DNA of 64,000 nt. Source: Gonapodya sp. JEL0774. Its lineage: Eukaryota. Both the position numbers and the translations under genes were made by a program. Positions 1 through 12,133 of this stretch are shown one piece after another. How positions within the stretch are numbered: position 1 is the stretch's first letter; each line of letters opens with the position of its first letter. The notes below the pieces were generated by a model, which saw nothing but the letters and a program-made list of their open reading frames with translations, did no database searches and had not been told where the DNA came from. The DNA lies in contig JADIIX010000009.1 of the NCBI GenBank assembly GCA_027604505.1, positions 186,001-250,000 of the forward strand, in the 5' to 3' direction.

Positions 1-1295
1 GAGGAATGCTCCGGGTGGTGCGAATGGGGGCCGAAATTGGAAAGTACGAGACAGAGCGACACTCACGTGTCTGGCTTCTTCCTGCGCGAGGGCCCGCTGA
101 AGCTCCGCGGTGCCCTCTTCGATCTGCTTGCTCTGCATGGCGAGGCCGTAGAGTGTCGCGGCGTCCTTTTCGAGTTCGGTCACCCCTGGTGCAGTATGGT
201 GGTGCGTGCGACGGGGGGATTTGTTGTGTGGGATTTTCAAATGCATTTTTAGTCGAGGGTGATAACGTGTGAGTATGTGAGCAGAGACGGCAGGGATTTG
301 CACTGAATGATTCACCCACCTTCGTAAGCTGCTTGAGCTACCTCGAGGACTTGATTGGAGAGGTCCTGGTATTCCTTTTCGATTTCTTGTCGCTCCAATC
401 GTGCCTCCTCCAATGCTCGTTCTTGTCCAAAATGGGTTGAGGACGTGATTCAAATCAGAGTGATGTTGTGCCCATGTCCAACGACAATGACAAGATCGTG
501 GGGGTTCCCGGATGGCATACCTGCACTGGCCATTTCCTCGGCCGTGGGCTCGAAGACGCTTTCACTGATGATACTGCCGTAGACCGAATTTTTGGTCTCC
601 TGCTCGACCCACAACTTGCCCAGTCGCTCGGAACGTTCCTAGCGAGCACAAGGGATGAGTGGATTGGGAATCGTTTTACATGTGCGATTCAAGCGTCTCT
701 CGGTAAGCAGCGTGACAAGTTATCCCCTTGATAAGCACGAGCGGAGCCACGGACCTTCTGAACTGCGAGAATCTCCACGACGTGAGCTGGAGTCTGTACA
801 CCCGGATGGACGTCCTGGAGCTGTGGAAGCTTGGCATGGAAGAAGGAAAGTGGGTTTTTTATACGGACGGGGATCTTTTGGACCTTTTCAAGCTCCCTGA
901 GAGCAGGGATTGGAGGAATCGGGTGAGCTAGAGAAGCGGATGCGGGGTGAAGCGGCAACCTGGGACTCACGCAAAGACGTCGTCGTAAGAGAGTTTTGGT
1001 ACAGAATCGGGCATTGGAGATTGGATCAGCAGAGGTGCGGAGTCTGGAGCGGGCATCAGCGGGTGCGGGTCACTGGGGGGCTGCGGAAGTGGACAAGTGC
1101 CGGATGCGAATACGCAGGCGGGGTTCTGCCGCGCACAAGCCAGGCACCAGGATACAACATCAGCACATCTGCCCAATCAATACCACTGAACAAGTGGCAA
1201 TGGTGCATCTGCTCATGTCCCCGAAGTTCTTCGATATTCTGTGCTGTCGACACCTCAACTTTACTCAAAGCTGGAGGCTTGTACATAGTAACCAT
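1..1295 (-). CDS. Multi-exon hypothetical coiled-coil protein, 3' end runs off the window
   Basis: Minus-strand exons with GT donors read MYKPPALSKVEV..., ELEKVQKIPVRIKNP..., ERSERLGKLWVEQETKNS..., ERALEEARLERQEIEKEYQDLSNQ..., ELEKDAATLYGLAMQSKQIEEGTAELQRALAQEEARH. Heptad-like composition; family not recognised. Confidence 0.55.
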
Positions 1296-1517
1296 TTGGA
1301 TGTGCGCGCAAACCACAGTCCAACCCTGCGGATTCACTATTCCGTATCATTCGCGCAGGCACGTTACCAAGTTCCTTGAATTCTAGTGAACCTTAAAGGC
1401 ACGTCGATTAAGAGGACCGACAACGCTTCAGTCTTCATGTCATTGTTGTGTGAGATCCGTTACATTTTACGTCTGCCAATGCCAACGGAACTGGTTACAT
1501 AACCTGTGCGCCGGGAA

Positions 1518-3477
1518 ATGAGGAGGGGTGGCCCACTGTCATTACGTCTCACAGGCGTGTGCTTACAGTAAAATCATGGTGATCTACGCAAACAAGACAA
1601 CTTCACGCCGCAAGCATTGGAGTGCGTGGAGGCCACGCAGGTTCAGATGGGGCGAGTCATTCCGCTCTGAACGAGAAGTCGTTGGGGTGCCGCACATATG
1701 CACGGTCCCTCCATATATCCCTGCCCCTGAAGCACTCATCGACTTGACACTCTCAGCCATTTCTCTCCGCCGTTTTTTCTCTTCGGGGCCTGCTCCCCTC
1801 AGGACCCATCTTCCCGTCCTGCTCAATGACGTCATCCAAGCTCTGATTCCCGCAGATGGTAAGCTTGTTTCCTTGCTTCCCTTCCATCCTCCCTTTCCTT
1901 ATGTCCTCCTGATTCCCTCTTTTACATTATACCCGACTTAGGCGAATGGTACATTGATGGGACTTTTGGCAACGGCGGATACACGAGAAAAATTCTCGGT
2001 AAGCGTCAGAGGAGAGTTGAGTGTCACAGGGGACGGATGATCAATCAGAACTCCCCCCACCCATAAGAAACGTCTCCCACGTCCACAGTCGTAGCCCTAG
2101 ATCGCGATCCCGCAGCCTACGCCGCCGCCCTCTCCCTCGCCCTCGACTTCCCTGGTCGCCTTCTCCCAGTCCGCGGCCGCTTCGGCGACCTACTCTCCAT
2201 CATGAACGCCAACTTCCCACAAAGGAAATTCCACGGCGCAGTCTTTGACCTCGGCCTCTGCTCCGACCAAATCTCAGACGCCGACCGCGGCTTCGCTTAC
2301 TCTGTCGACGGGCCCCTCGACATGCGCATGGATGGTGCTGACCGGTTACCTACCATTGCTCCCCAGCCCACCTCCTCCACCTCTGCCCCAGCCGCACCAC
2401 GTCCCTCACTCACAGCCTTCCATCTGGTCAACTCCGCCCCCGAGTCTGCCCTCGCTGACATCATTTACACCTATGGCGAGGACCGCCTGGCTCGCAAGTT
2501 CGCCCGCGCCATCGTCCAGGCCCGTACTCGCGCTCCCATACGATCTACTGCACAGCTTAAAGATGTGCTCGTAGCGTGCGTGCCCGCGCACAGGAGGCTC
2601 AAGGGTGACGACGGCGTCTTTCGGCATCCAGCGCAGAGGACCTTCCAGGCGCTCAGGATTGCGGTGAATGATGAGGTGGGTCCTAAGAAAAAGAAAGAAA
2701 GAGAGAGAGATATATATTTTTCGGTGTCTATGAACTTATGAGCTTGTGTTCTGTATTAATTGTTACCGCAACTGATTGCACCCCTCTCTCACCACACAAC
2801 GACCATTCTACCTAAACCCCCAAAACTCGAATACACAAATAAAAACGAAAACGAAAACTCACACTGCCCATCTCAACTCCCCTTCCAAAACCCACCACCC
2901 ACCACCACCACTCCTCCACTCCCAGCTCAACGAGCTCCGCCGCGCCCTGCACGCCTCCGAGCACCTCCTCCACTCCGGAGGCCGCCTCGTGGTCGTTTCG
3001 TTCCACTCTCTCGAAGACACGGTTGCCAAGCAGTTTTTTGACCTCACCGGTGGGCGACGGACGGTCGAGGAGGTCGTGAGCGGGGTGGTTGGAGAAGGGG
3101 CCGGGAGGAGGGACGTCGCCAAGGCGAGCGCGAGCTTTGTGGGAAAGAGGAAGGTGGTCAAGCCGGAGAGGGACGAGGTCCAGGCCAATCCGAGAGCGAG
3201 GTGAGCAAGGCGGGGAAGTGCGAGATATGGTCACATTTTTGTTTTTTGGTGACAAGGGTGGGTCGTGTGGGTCGACTTCCCCTGGCGCTCCCCTCTGAAT
3301 CCCAATGGCCGTTCTCCGCATGAAATTGTCCCTCACCCCTCGCCCGCGGCGGTCTACACGGCCGTTTTCACCCACAGATCGGCGAAACTTCGGTCGGCTA
3401 TGCGAACAGACGCCTCTCCAATGTACCCCCTTGAGGTGTTTCTGGAGGACCCCTTGTACACGCCACCACATCGGTAA
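1518..3477 (+). CDS. METTL15: RsmH/MraW (METTL15-like) SSU rRNA m4C methyltransferase, probably mitochondrial
   Basis: Spliced motifs HLPVLL, YIDGTFGNGGYT, ALDRDP, FDLGLCSDQ...RGF...DGPLDMRMD, LADIIYTYGE, HPAQRTFQALRIAVNDE, GGRLVVVSFHSLED, NPRAR-SAKLR. Start codon uncertain (1518 or 1576). Confidence 0.92.
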
Positions 3478-3620
3478 CCCACGTCCAAGTTGTTGTTCAC
3501 AAACGATGTACATACATGATACAATCCAATGCATAATAGTAGAAGAAGAAGAGCACTTCACTCAAACTCAAAAACAGCCATGTCTCCGGTCTCCGGTCTC
3601 CACTCTCCGACCTCCCTGAC

Positions 3621-4638
3621 TCAGAGCTTGCCCGCCGCCACCGTTGGCCCCGACCCACTCATCTTCTTCCTCCAACACACCGCCACCAACTCCCTCACAA
3701 TCTCCTCCACCGCCATCTGCAAATCCACCTCGGACAAGGGCATACCCTTCCCCACGGGCGGTACGTGCACGAACAGGACGGGCACGCCACCTCCGCTGGC
3801 TGCGGTGCCGCGGGCTCGCAGACTGTGGTGAAGTACGTATTCGCATAGGTATCGGCCCGCATTGTCCGAGCACCGTAGCGTCCACGGGCGCGGACGCCGC
3901 GTGGAGGGCCGGATCGGCACGGAGGGGCCTGGGGTGGTGGAGGAGGCCGTGGGCGTGGCCGTGTCTCGATCCGAATCCGATTCCCGAACCGGCACCACCT
4001 CTGCCTCTGGTCCGCCCTTCGTGCCAAACGTTTTCAGCAAAGCGTCTACGATGTCGAGTTGCGGGGCCAGCGCCAAGTCCCTCCCCGCGCCCCCTACGAG
4101 TCCGTCCTCGGGCGCGATTTTAGCATTGTCGGGTTTCTCGTAGCCGAACCCGTGGGCCACAGTTTCGATAGAAAGGACGTCGTGCGGGGATTGGCCCGAT
4201 GCCCCAAAGTGGAGGTAGAAGAGGGGTTCGGCGGGGCAGGGCGGGGTGGTGTGGAGGGTCGGGAGGATGACTGAGGTGGGTTGGAGGGTGTAGTGGGTGT
4301 AGGGGAAACGGGTGACCCAATGAACATACTACGAACGGACTGGGTGCCCTCCTCCGAGGGATATTGGGGTTTCAAACAATTTGATTCCCACCGTCGATCG
4401 CTCTGTACTCCACGGGTAAGAGCCTGCACACTGCCGTACACGTCGCCGCGCCGGACCTGTGTGGTTCAACGTCACCAGGCGGTCCCTGTGCCAGTGAGAG
4501 TTGGAAGTCCCGTTCGTGCAAGTGCTTGACAGCTTCCCACGACGGATTTACGGGAAAGTTACCGAATGGCTCGAAGCCCGTGATGATGGCGTACTCTTTT
4601 TGCGAATACGTGGGTTGTGTAGTTGCAGTGCTGTCCAT
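3621..4638 (-). CDS. Pyroglutamyl peptidase I (peptidase C15)
   Basis: IITGFEPFGNFPVNPSWEAV, LPVEY, LSIETVAH, SDNAGRYLCEY, LFVHVPP: Glu/Cys/His triad motifs present; one intron near 4275-4385; further in-frame ATGs upstream to 4695. Confidence 0.9.
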
Positions 4639-4709
4639 GTTTTGGGTGTGATCTGCTTTTGCCTCGTTCATGTGTTGCTGCTGCACCTTCATCATCCCGC
4701 TGCAATACA

Positions 4710-6578
4710 ATGTCAACTTCAACTCCGCCTAAAACACAACGAAGTGAGCTCCGGTCCATTCTCATACTCTAGAAAGAGAACCCTGCAAATCCCTATTCTC
4801 CTTCCTTTTCTGTCCCCGCTCCTCCCAGTCGACAAGCAGCTACTCCTTCGCCGCGCCGAACACAATGAAGGCGAGCTCTCTACGCTCAAGGAAATCACAC
4901 TCCACCAGTTCGACATCGAGAAAATTGAGAATCTTGATGTATACTGTAGGAATCTGGAGATACTGTACCTCCAGAACAATCAAATTGGCAAGATAGGTGC
5001 GTCAACCACGAACCCCGAGGAGATTGCAGCGCTTTCAAGCGAACGGATGACAAAATTAATCCCCAATTGCTGAAATCGCTTGACGGCACCGCTCAGAGAA
5101 CGTCCACAAACTCAAGCAACTCCGATATCTCAACCTCGCCCTCAACAATATCCGCCGGATAGAAAACCTCTCCCGCTGCGAGTCCCTCCAGAAAATCGAC
5201 CTGACCGTAAACTTTGTGGAGGATCTCTTGGATGTCGAAGAGCTCAAAGAGTGCAGGGAGCTGAGGGAGCTGTGAGTTTTCAAGCGTCAGCTCAGGTTGT
5301 GAGAAGTTGAAGAACGTGATACACCCCGACTGGAACACCTCGAGCTTAGCTATCTCATTGGCAATCCATGCTCTTGTGATGATGACTACAAGCCATTTGT
5401 GTACGCCACGCTGCCGCAACTCCATGTACGTGTCTGTTTGACAGTGCGTAGTGTCGACAGCCCTCACCGTCTCCAACGTCAGACTCTCGATAGCCACAAC
5501 ATTGAGAAATCCGAGCGTATCACAGCGCTACAAGAACTTCCTCGAATCAGGGAGAGACTTCTCAGAGAGAGGGCCGAAAGAGAGAAAAACAAAGTCCAGA
5601 GCTCTCCCGAACAGGAGGACTCAGCGAAACCGACCAATGAATCTGCCGACGTCGCTCAGCCGGCTGAAGGCGCAACTTCTGGAGAACAAAATGAACGGTA
5701 CGTGCGCGTTGAACTTCCGAATTGAAACCCCCCAGCTTGGCCAAACCAATCTGTTCCATGCGTTCGCCCTTTCCCTTATCAGCCACCTCGAACAAATACG
5801 TGAATCTTTCAAGAACACTCCTACCACTCACACCCCCGAAGCTCGCCTTAAAATCGCTCGCGAGCTCGCGGAACTCCGCGCCAAACCACCACCGGTGGGA
5901 ACTCCGATGCCCAAAAACCCCAAACCGGGATCTCTCTTCGGGCCCGACGGCCGTGTTCTCCGCCGCAACGAAGGCAAGTGGGCCTTTTCTTTCTCCGAGA
6001 CCAGATCGTCGGTCATCTTGCGCGTGGAAATCTCCAAGTTTGTGGACACGAGCCTGGTGGACCTGGATGTGCACCCCACCTGGCTACGAGTCACTATCAA
6101 GGGTAAAATACTCCAGCTCGTATTGGACGAAGAGATACAGCCGGACGACGTCATTGCAGAGAGGAGCAAGCACAGCGGGCAATTGGTCATTACCATGCGC
6201 AAGGTCGTATCGGCTGAGAATGGAGAGTTGGTGGAGATTAGAAGGAAGGAGAGGGCCGAAGAAGAGAAGCGGAAGAAGATGGAGGAGGAAGAGGCGAGAA
6301 AGAAATCTGAAGAGGACAAGGAGGCGAAGTTGCATGGTACGAGACGGAAACGGATTGAGAAGCTTTCGACGGGGCTGGACACGCCCAGCGTGGACTACCG
6401 GAACATTGTAGCCTTGAACGAAGACGGAACTGTGAAAACACCCAAAAGAACGGAGCCTACAGTGTCATTGGAAGCGCCCACATCCGGAACAAAGATAGAG
6501 GACAAGAAGATGCTTCACGACGTCGACTTGCCGCAAGAGGAATTCGAAGACGACCCCAGTGTGCCTCCTCTAGAATGA
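4710..6578 (+). CDS. DNAAF11: Dynein axonemal assembly factor 11 (LRRC6/TilB)
   Basis: [11 protein letters not shown] spliced to [36 protein letters not shown]...LYLQNNQI, further LRRs ([16 protein letters not shown]), CS-like region NEGKWAF...[29 protein letters not shown]-terminus DDPSVPPLE. Confidence 0.95.
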
Positions 6579-6641
6579 TAAAGAGTGGAAGGACGCTGAC
6601 TAGTGTATCAGATGCAACTTGTTTATTCTATATATTGCATC

Positions 6642-8852
6642 TCATGAGTTCTCGAGTGTGTGTGAGCTTTCTCCACTCTGAGGTCTACTCGCTTGAGCGG
6701 GAGTTGAAGACGCATTGGCCCTCCCACCATTCATTCCCTTCCCACTCAATACTACTGTTGGGCCTTCTTTCTTGATCTTGATGCTTTTCCTTTTCTTCGA
6801 GTCCCCCTCCTTACGCGTCTTCCCAGCCGGAAAAGCCTTGACTATCTCGAATCCCTCGCGCGTCAAGTTGTCAAGCATGGAACGGGCATCAGGATGGCGG
6901 GGGTTGAGAGCGAGTATTCTTTGTAGATCCAGTTTTGCAGATTCGACGTCCTAAGCGACAGTGGTGCTCGTCAGTTAGTTGCAAGTATGTCCATTCGAGA
7001 CAACAGCGATACTGTGAAATTTACCGTGAGTAGAATAAGTGCCCTCGTCCGGCGAAGCAAGCAGGCGATGTTTTCTGATTGGTAAGTTAAAGCCTGCCAC
7101 AACAAGCACATAAACATGCGTCCCGCTGAACTAAAATAATAATCCTACCTTGGTGCAAACTCTGACAACTTCTACGTAAGCTCCTCGAGAGAATAAAGCC
7201 TCGGCGTTTTCCAACAAAATGTTCGTGCATGTCGCCCTCATCTCTTGCAGATCAGTGGCGGTGATTGGTTTCAGCCCTGGAGAATTTTGATCCACCGATT
7301 CTTTTTCACTTAGAGATGGTCTAATGAGCACTGTGGATCCCTCGTTTACTTCGGGGACAGTGAGGCTGGACGGGGTTCGTGAGTCTGCCGCCGGTGTTGG
7401 TGTTTTCGTTAGCTCGTTCGTGCATTCAACTGTGAGTTCAATCGTTCTGGAGTAGTCAGCCAATGCACGATTTCTGTCTCCGGCAGCCAAATAAGCGTCG
7501 GCACGGCTCTTCAGATAGCGAGGTTCCTTCGTTTGAGAGTTGACCACAGCACGGTCGAATGCAGCGATGGCTGCACGAAAATCCGTTCGATTGAGTGCCA
7601 TTTCTCCCAGCTTGTGGTGAATCGAGGCAATTCGCAGCTCGATGCGCGTTCTAAGAGTGTCATAAATCTCTTCGGCGTTGGTGGCCAGAGTTGCCTCGTA
7701 ATCCCGAAGTGCAAGGTCGAGCTTATCGAGCCGTTCGTACACACGCGCACGCTTCAACTTCGACCATGTGTCTTGAGGGTCCAGTTCCAGCGCTGTGGTA
7801 AAAGACACCGCGGCGAGTTCAAGTTCGTTCTGTATGGCAAGAGTGTCAGCGGTGTTTTTATGTTCTATGGATTTCTCGACAAGATATGCGGTGAGATGCT
7901 CGATGAGTTTCGGGGAGGAATCCAGGCGGACAATACGGTCCCTGTCAAATTTCACGAGGGCAGTCTAGGCACGAAATCAGCCGAAATGAAACGACTTATT
8001 AACGGGGTACGAATGAAACCAAATCCTTAGCAAGTCATACCATGCCTAGTGCTTTGTGAGCTTTCGACCGTAGAACCCAGAACTCCACATTGTTCTCAAA
8101 GAGATAGGTAAGTCGATACAGGACCTCGATGGCTTGTTCGTACTGCGAGAGCTTCATGTGGCCCCGAGCTCTGAGCAGTGTACAGAGTTTGCAGAGTTTA
8201 ATTGAATCAATGTTTCAAATCTTGTAATATTACTCACACAATTGGGAGTAATGATTTCCTCCAATCCTCAACATCCATTGGTGGGGCGATGCCAGAAGGA
8301 TGGTCGGGAACTCGAATACAGCGACCATCATTCGAAGACATGAGCGGAATCGAAGGTGCAAAGAGCTCCCATGATTGGTGAAGAAGCTCCATTCCTTCAC
8401 GAACAGAGGAAAGCTCTTCACAAAGCACGAGTTTCGTTCCTTGATCGAGGAGACATGCCGCGAGACGTCGTTGCACAAAGCGAGGAGGAGTGGCGGTGAC
8501 CAACCGGTTCTCCAAATGTAATTTGCCAGCTCTTTCCAAGTTCTTTTCATCGATGAGCAGCAGCGCTTTGCGGTAGTTTGCCGCACTGGCAACCAAATCC
8601 CCAAGTTCCCGGAGTGCTTCGGCACGGTGCAGATAGTAGGAAGGCTCGTTGGGGGCTAGAAGAATGGCTCTGCTGAATTCAATACATGCTCGACGAAAGT
8701 CTCGTCCCTCGACGTAAGTCAAACAGCGGCGATTGCTGCGGGTGGTTTACATATGAAAAACGAACTTCTACACACGAAGTAGCCCCACGAACTCCGACGC
8801 ACTTAATTTCAGCTTGTTCCAACTGGAGTTTCTGAAGGGTTTTCGACATCAT
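6642..8852 (-). CDS. Tetratricopeptide repeat protein, TTC16-like
   Basis: Multiple TPRs across exons (ACIEFSRAILLAPNEPSYYLHRAEALRELGD; AAVSFTTALELDPQD..LKRARVYERL; AIAAFDRAVV..YLKSRADAYLAAGDRNRALADYSRTIEL). TTC16 likeness is from recall only. Confidence 0.8.
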
Positions 8853-9099
8853 TGTGCTCCCCAACAGGAATAGTTGTGGATTGGATAGGGACAAGTTGAG
8901 GACTTAATGGACTTGAAAATAACAGCGGTTTGTACTTGGTGCAATGGTTGGCGTGTTTTCACCGAGGGGTTGAATTCTTTTCCAGCGAGTTATACGCATA
9001 AAGTTGCAGCCGGCGGTGAGGCACGATTCGCCAAGTCTCCAAAAAGGTTCCGACTCCCAGCAATCTCTGCACCGGAACCACATCCGGACCGTTTCGCAC

Positions 9100-10963
9100 A
9101 TGATGCACTTTGCTGATGAACTTGCTGAGAACCACCTGTCGTTGACGTCTCGGGCTGTCCGACGAGCCCGAACCTATTTCTCGAAATGGGCAGGATCTGA
9201 CATTCCCAGTGCCGGAACCCCAGGCACAACACCAACGATAAGGTATCTAACTATTGTTACTGTGATCCATGCGTTTTCAATCAGAATGTAAGGTATGACG
9301 CGGTGTTGGCTGTATGTAATAGTTTGTGGAGTTTCCTTGGAGCTTTCTTCGGGATAGCTGTCGTGACATCATTGGACAGAAACCAGTACTTTGTGGACAA
9401 GGGGTGGTCGACAATGGTATGTTGCCTGTCTGTGACATTCACATTGCGTGGTAATGTCGTCGTCCTACTCCTACTAAAAATGCTTTAGATTGGTTCGTTC
9501 GGAGCGTCCAGTGTTTTAATTTACGGAACCATTGAGGTAGGTGGCAGCTTAACATGAGACATCCTATGAAATTATTGTCGTTGATGTCCCACGCATCTGT
9601 TCTTGATGGTAGTCTCCGTTGTCCCAACCCATAAACTTTGTGGGGGGTCATGCAATCTGCGCTCTTGTTGGTGTGACAGTCCAAAAGGTAACTGTTGCAT
9701 CAATAACATGGTTGAGGCAGATGAGGATAATTCCGCGTCACCATTTCCTGCACCAAATTCGGTATCGCACAGTTTATTATCTGGATAACAGGAGCACAAT
9801 ATCCAGAGCTCATCGCATACGATAATCTCCGTTGGCTTGGAGGTGCCCTTAGTGTGGCTTTCAGTGTGGTGGCGATGCAACTCACCAGAACCACCCACCC
9901 CCCAGGTATGTCTCCAAGCGCGACATTGTTAAGTGTGAAAGTCTGAATAACTAGCCATTTTTCGTGTGGTAGGTGGAGCCACTGCTCTTATCGCCACGAC
10001 AGGAGGGCCAGCCATCTACAGAATGGGATTCATGTAAGTGCTGTACGTTTACCAAGACTCTCTTTGGAGGCAATTTCATTCATTACAGTTTAGGTATGTC
10101 GTGACACCAGTTCTTCTTGGTACAACTTTGATGCTGGCAGTCGCCGTTATTGTGGAAAACATCCAGAGACGCTACCCCGTGTACTGGATTAAAGTGAGTG
10201 GCTTAACTCTCAAACATCGTCTGTTCTGCTCATAATTTCTCTTTCCCCTTCATGTGCATTCTTTCAGCCCGCTCGTAAGCTCACACCGCCTCAACAAATC
10301 CACCACCACCATCACCACCACTACCGCGCAGATGACAGTGACAAGATTTTTGAACTTCCGGTGGAGGTGCTTACCAAGGCCGAGCAAGATGTCACGACTA
10401 AGACGAACAATGCTCCACAGAAGCATCGGCACCACAAGTATCGTCATGAGTCTGCTGAACCACATCCGGCGTGGGTCACCGAGGCCGAGAGGTTGGCGGA
10501 GGTCGAATTGGTACCAATTGACCAATCTCACCACGTAAAAGCTATGGAAACCCCAGCGCCAGTAGCTTCTCTGGAGCCTTACTCTTTGGCTGTTGACAGC
10601 AGAAAGGAGCCATCCTCGGTCATAGGTGCTCCTGGCCAATCGATGGTTGGTGTTCCCGCTCCACCATCTACCGTTAACCGCAGACCACCGTCAAGCCGCA
10701 GCTCTGTCTCCTCAAGATCGCGACTCTCATCCGAGAGCAACCAAATTAAACGAGAGGAGCGACAAGTGCTCTCCGTGGCAGATGTAACACCCGGTCGTGA
10801 GTTCCGCGAGTGGGACCGAGAGCTCGCCTCCATGGGTGGGCAACGTGGTGGCAAAAGTCCGATTTACTTGGGAGTCGTAGAAGGTGTCCAAGAGGATTCC
10901 CGGCCAGGGCAGATTGGAGACGACGTGGATATGGTCCAAATGGGAAGGCAACTCAGTAGGTGA
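9100..10963 (+). CDS. HPP family integral membrane protein
   Basis: Spliced motifs WSFLGAFFGI, IGSFGASSVLIYG, SPLSQPINFVGGH, MQLTRTTHPP-GGATALIA, RRYPVYW, followed by a disordered His/Ser-rich tail. Confidence 0.92.
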
Positions 10964-11121
10964 ACGACACACAGAACTCTGAATCGGAATACTGCGAAGC
11001 GAAAAAACACTTTTGGTATCATACTACTATTGCTTAAGAGACAAATGCAAGATATATAAAAGTAATTGCCACGAGTTGTTATGCAAACTGCCAAAAACAT
11101 GAGAACCACTCCGTTTCAGAT

Positions 11122-11747
11122 CTACCAATCACAAGAACCTGCGTCGTCACCACAAGACTTGCATTTGGCTCCTCCTGAAGTAGTGCAACTGTCCACCTCA
11201 GCTTCAAACCCTTCCTTCAGTCTCTTTAAACTCCTGTCCGAATGGCAACTCCCCATATCTAGAATGACTTCCACCGTTCTTTCTTCGCCACCTTTGACAC
11301 CAAGAGATTCAAGCGTGGAGTCGGGATCTGTCAAATACGTTCCAGTTGGAGCTCCAGCGAGTAAAGTTCGAAGGCGACTCGAGACCTCCCGCTCTCGCTC
11401 CACTTCCGTCGCACTGGGTAATTCATCATCGACCTCCTCTCGAATTTCGGCCGGTGTTCTGCGGCGAGCAGAGGCAGGTAGCGTCGGTGGAGGCATGATA
11501 ACCAGTTTCCATTTTCCCAATGCGGTTCTTTCGTGGGAGCTAACGAGAGTCTCCAGATCAAGTGCTGAAGTGGATGTGCTGTTTATGTCAGTGGGTGGGA
11601 CAAAAAGGAGGGATTGATTGTTGAGATTTCGTGGCAACCTGGCATACCGTTTGACTATTTGACCTCGACTGCTCACGGGACGGTAACACGGATAGATGCT
11701 CCAGTAAGTAAGCGGACGTTCAAAATTGCGACAGACGGTGATGCCAT
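11122..11747 (-). CDS. Ubiquitin-like domain protein with loop insertion and Cys-rich C-terminal tail (175 aa, 2 exons)
   Basis: Exon 1 11747-11677 MASPSVAILNVRLLTGASIRVTVP (GTGAGC donor) joins in frame to exon 2 11578-11122 (CTGAC branch point, CAG acceptor). Ubiquitin-like pattern throughout. Confidence 0.7.
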
Positions 11748-12133
11748 AGTGATTGTGTTGTCCAGATGAAAGAGACGGCGACTTGCGGTTGGCGGTGAGG
11801 CGATCTGCCAAAGCGCTTTCACGATCAGCCGGCACAGCCGATAAATTTTGTTCAGTGTTATTTTCGTTAGTTAGTCTGTTTTATTTGTTTGGATTCAACA
11901 TCTGAACATGTAACTCTCCGTGCGCATCGTGTTCCTACATATATCTTCCACATGTAAATGAGTTCCACAACATTTCTTTTTCTATGTCTTATGCAGAGAG
12001 AGAGAGAGTTATTTACAAGGCATGCAAAAACGGACCTCATATCGTAGATTGTCGATTGCAGCATATCCCATTGCGCAAAATCAGCAAAAAGCGCACTCTT
12101 AAACATCCACCACGATGCTTGTGACATCAACAG

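Noticed and set aside
11122..11747. The ubiquitin-like gene as Hub1, partner of the Prp38 HIND motif
   Set aside because: It lacks Hub1 signatures (NDRLGKKVRVKC, C-terminal YY) and is far longer than Hub1.
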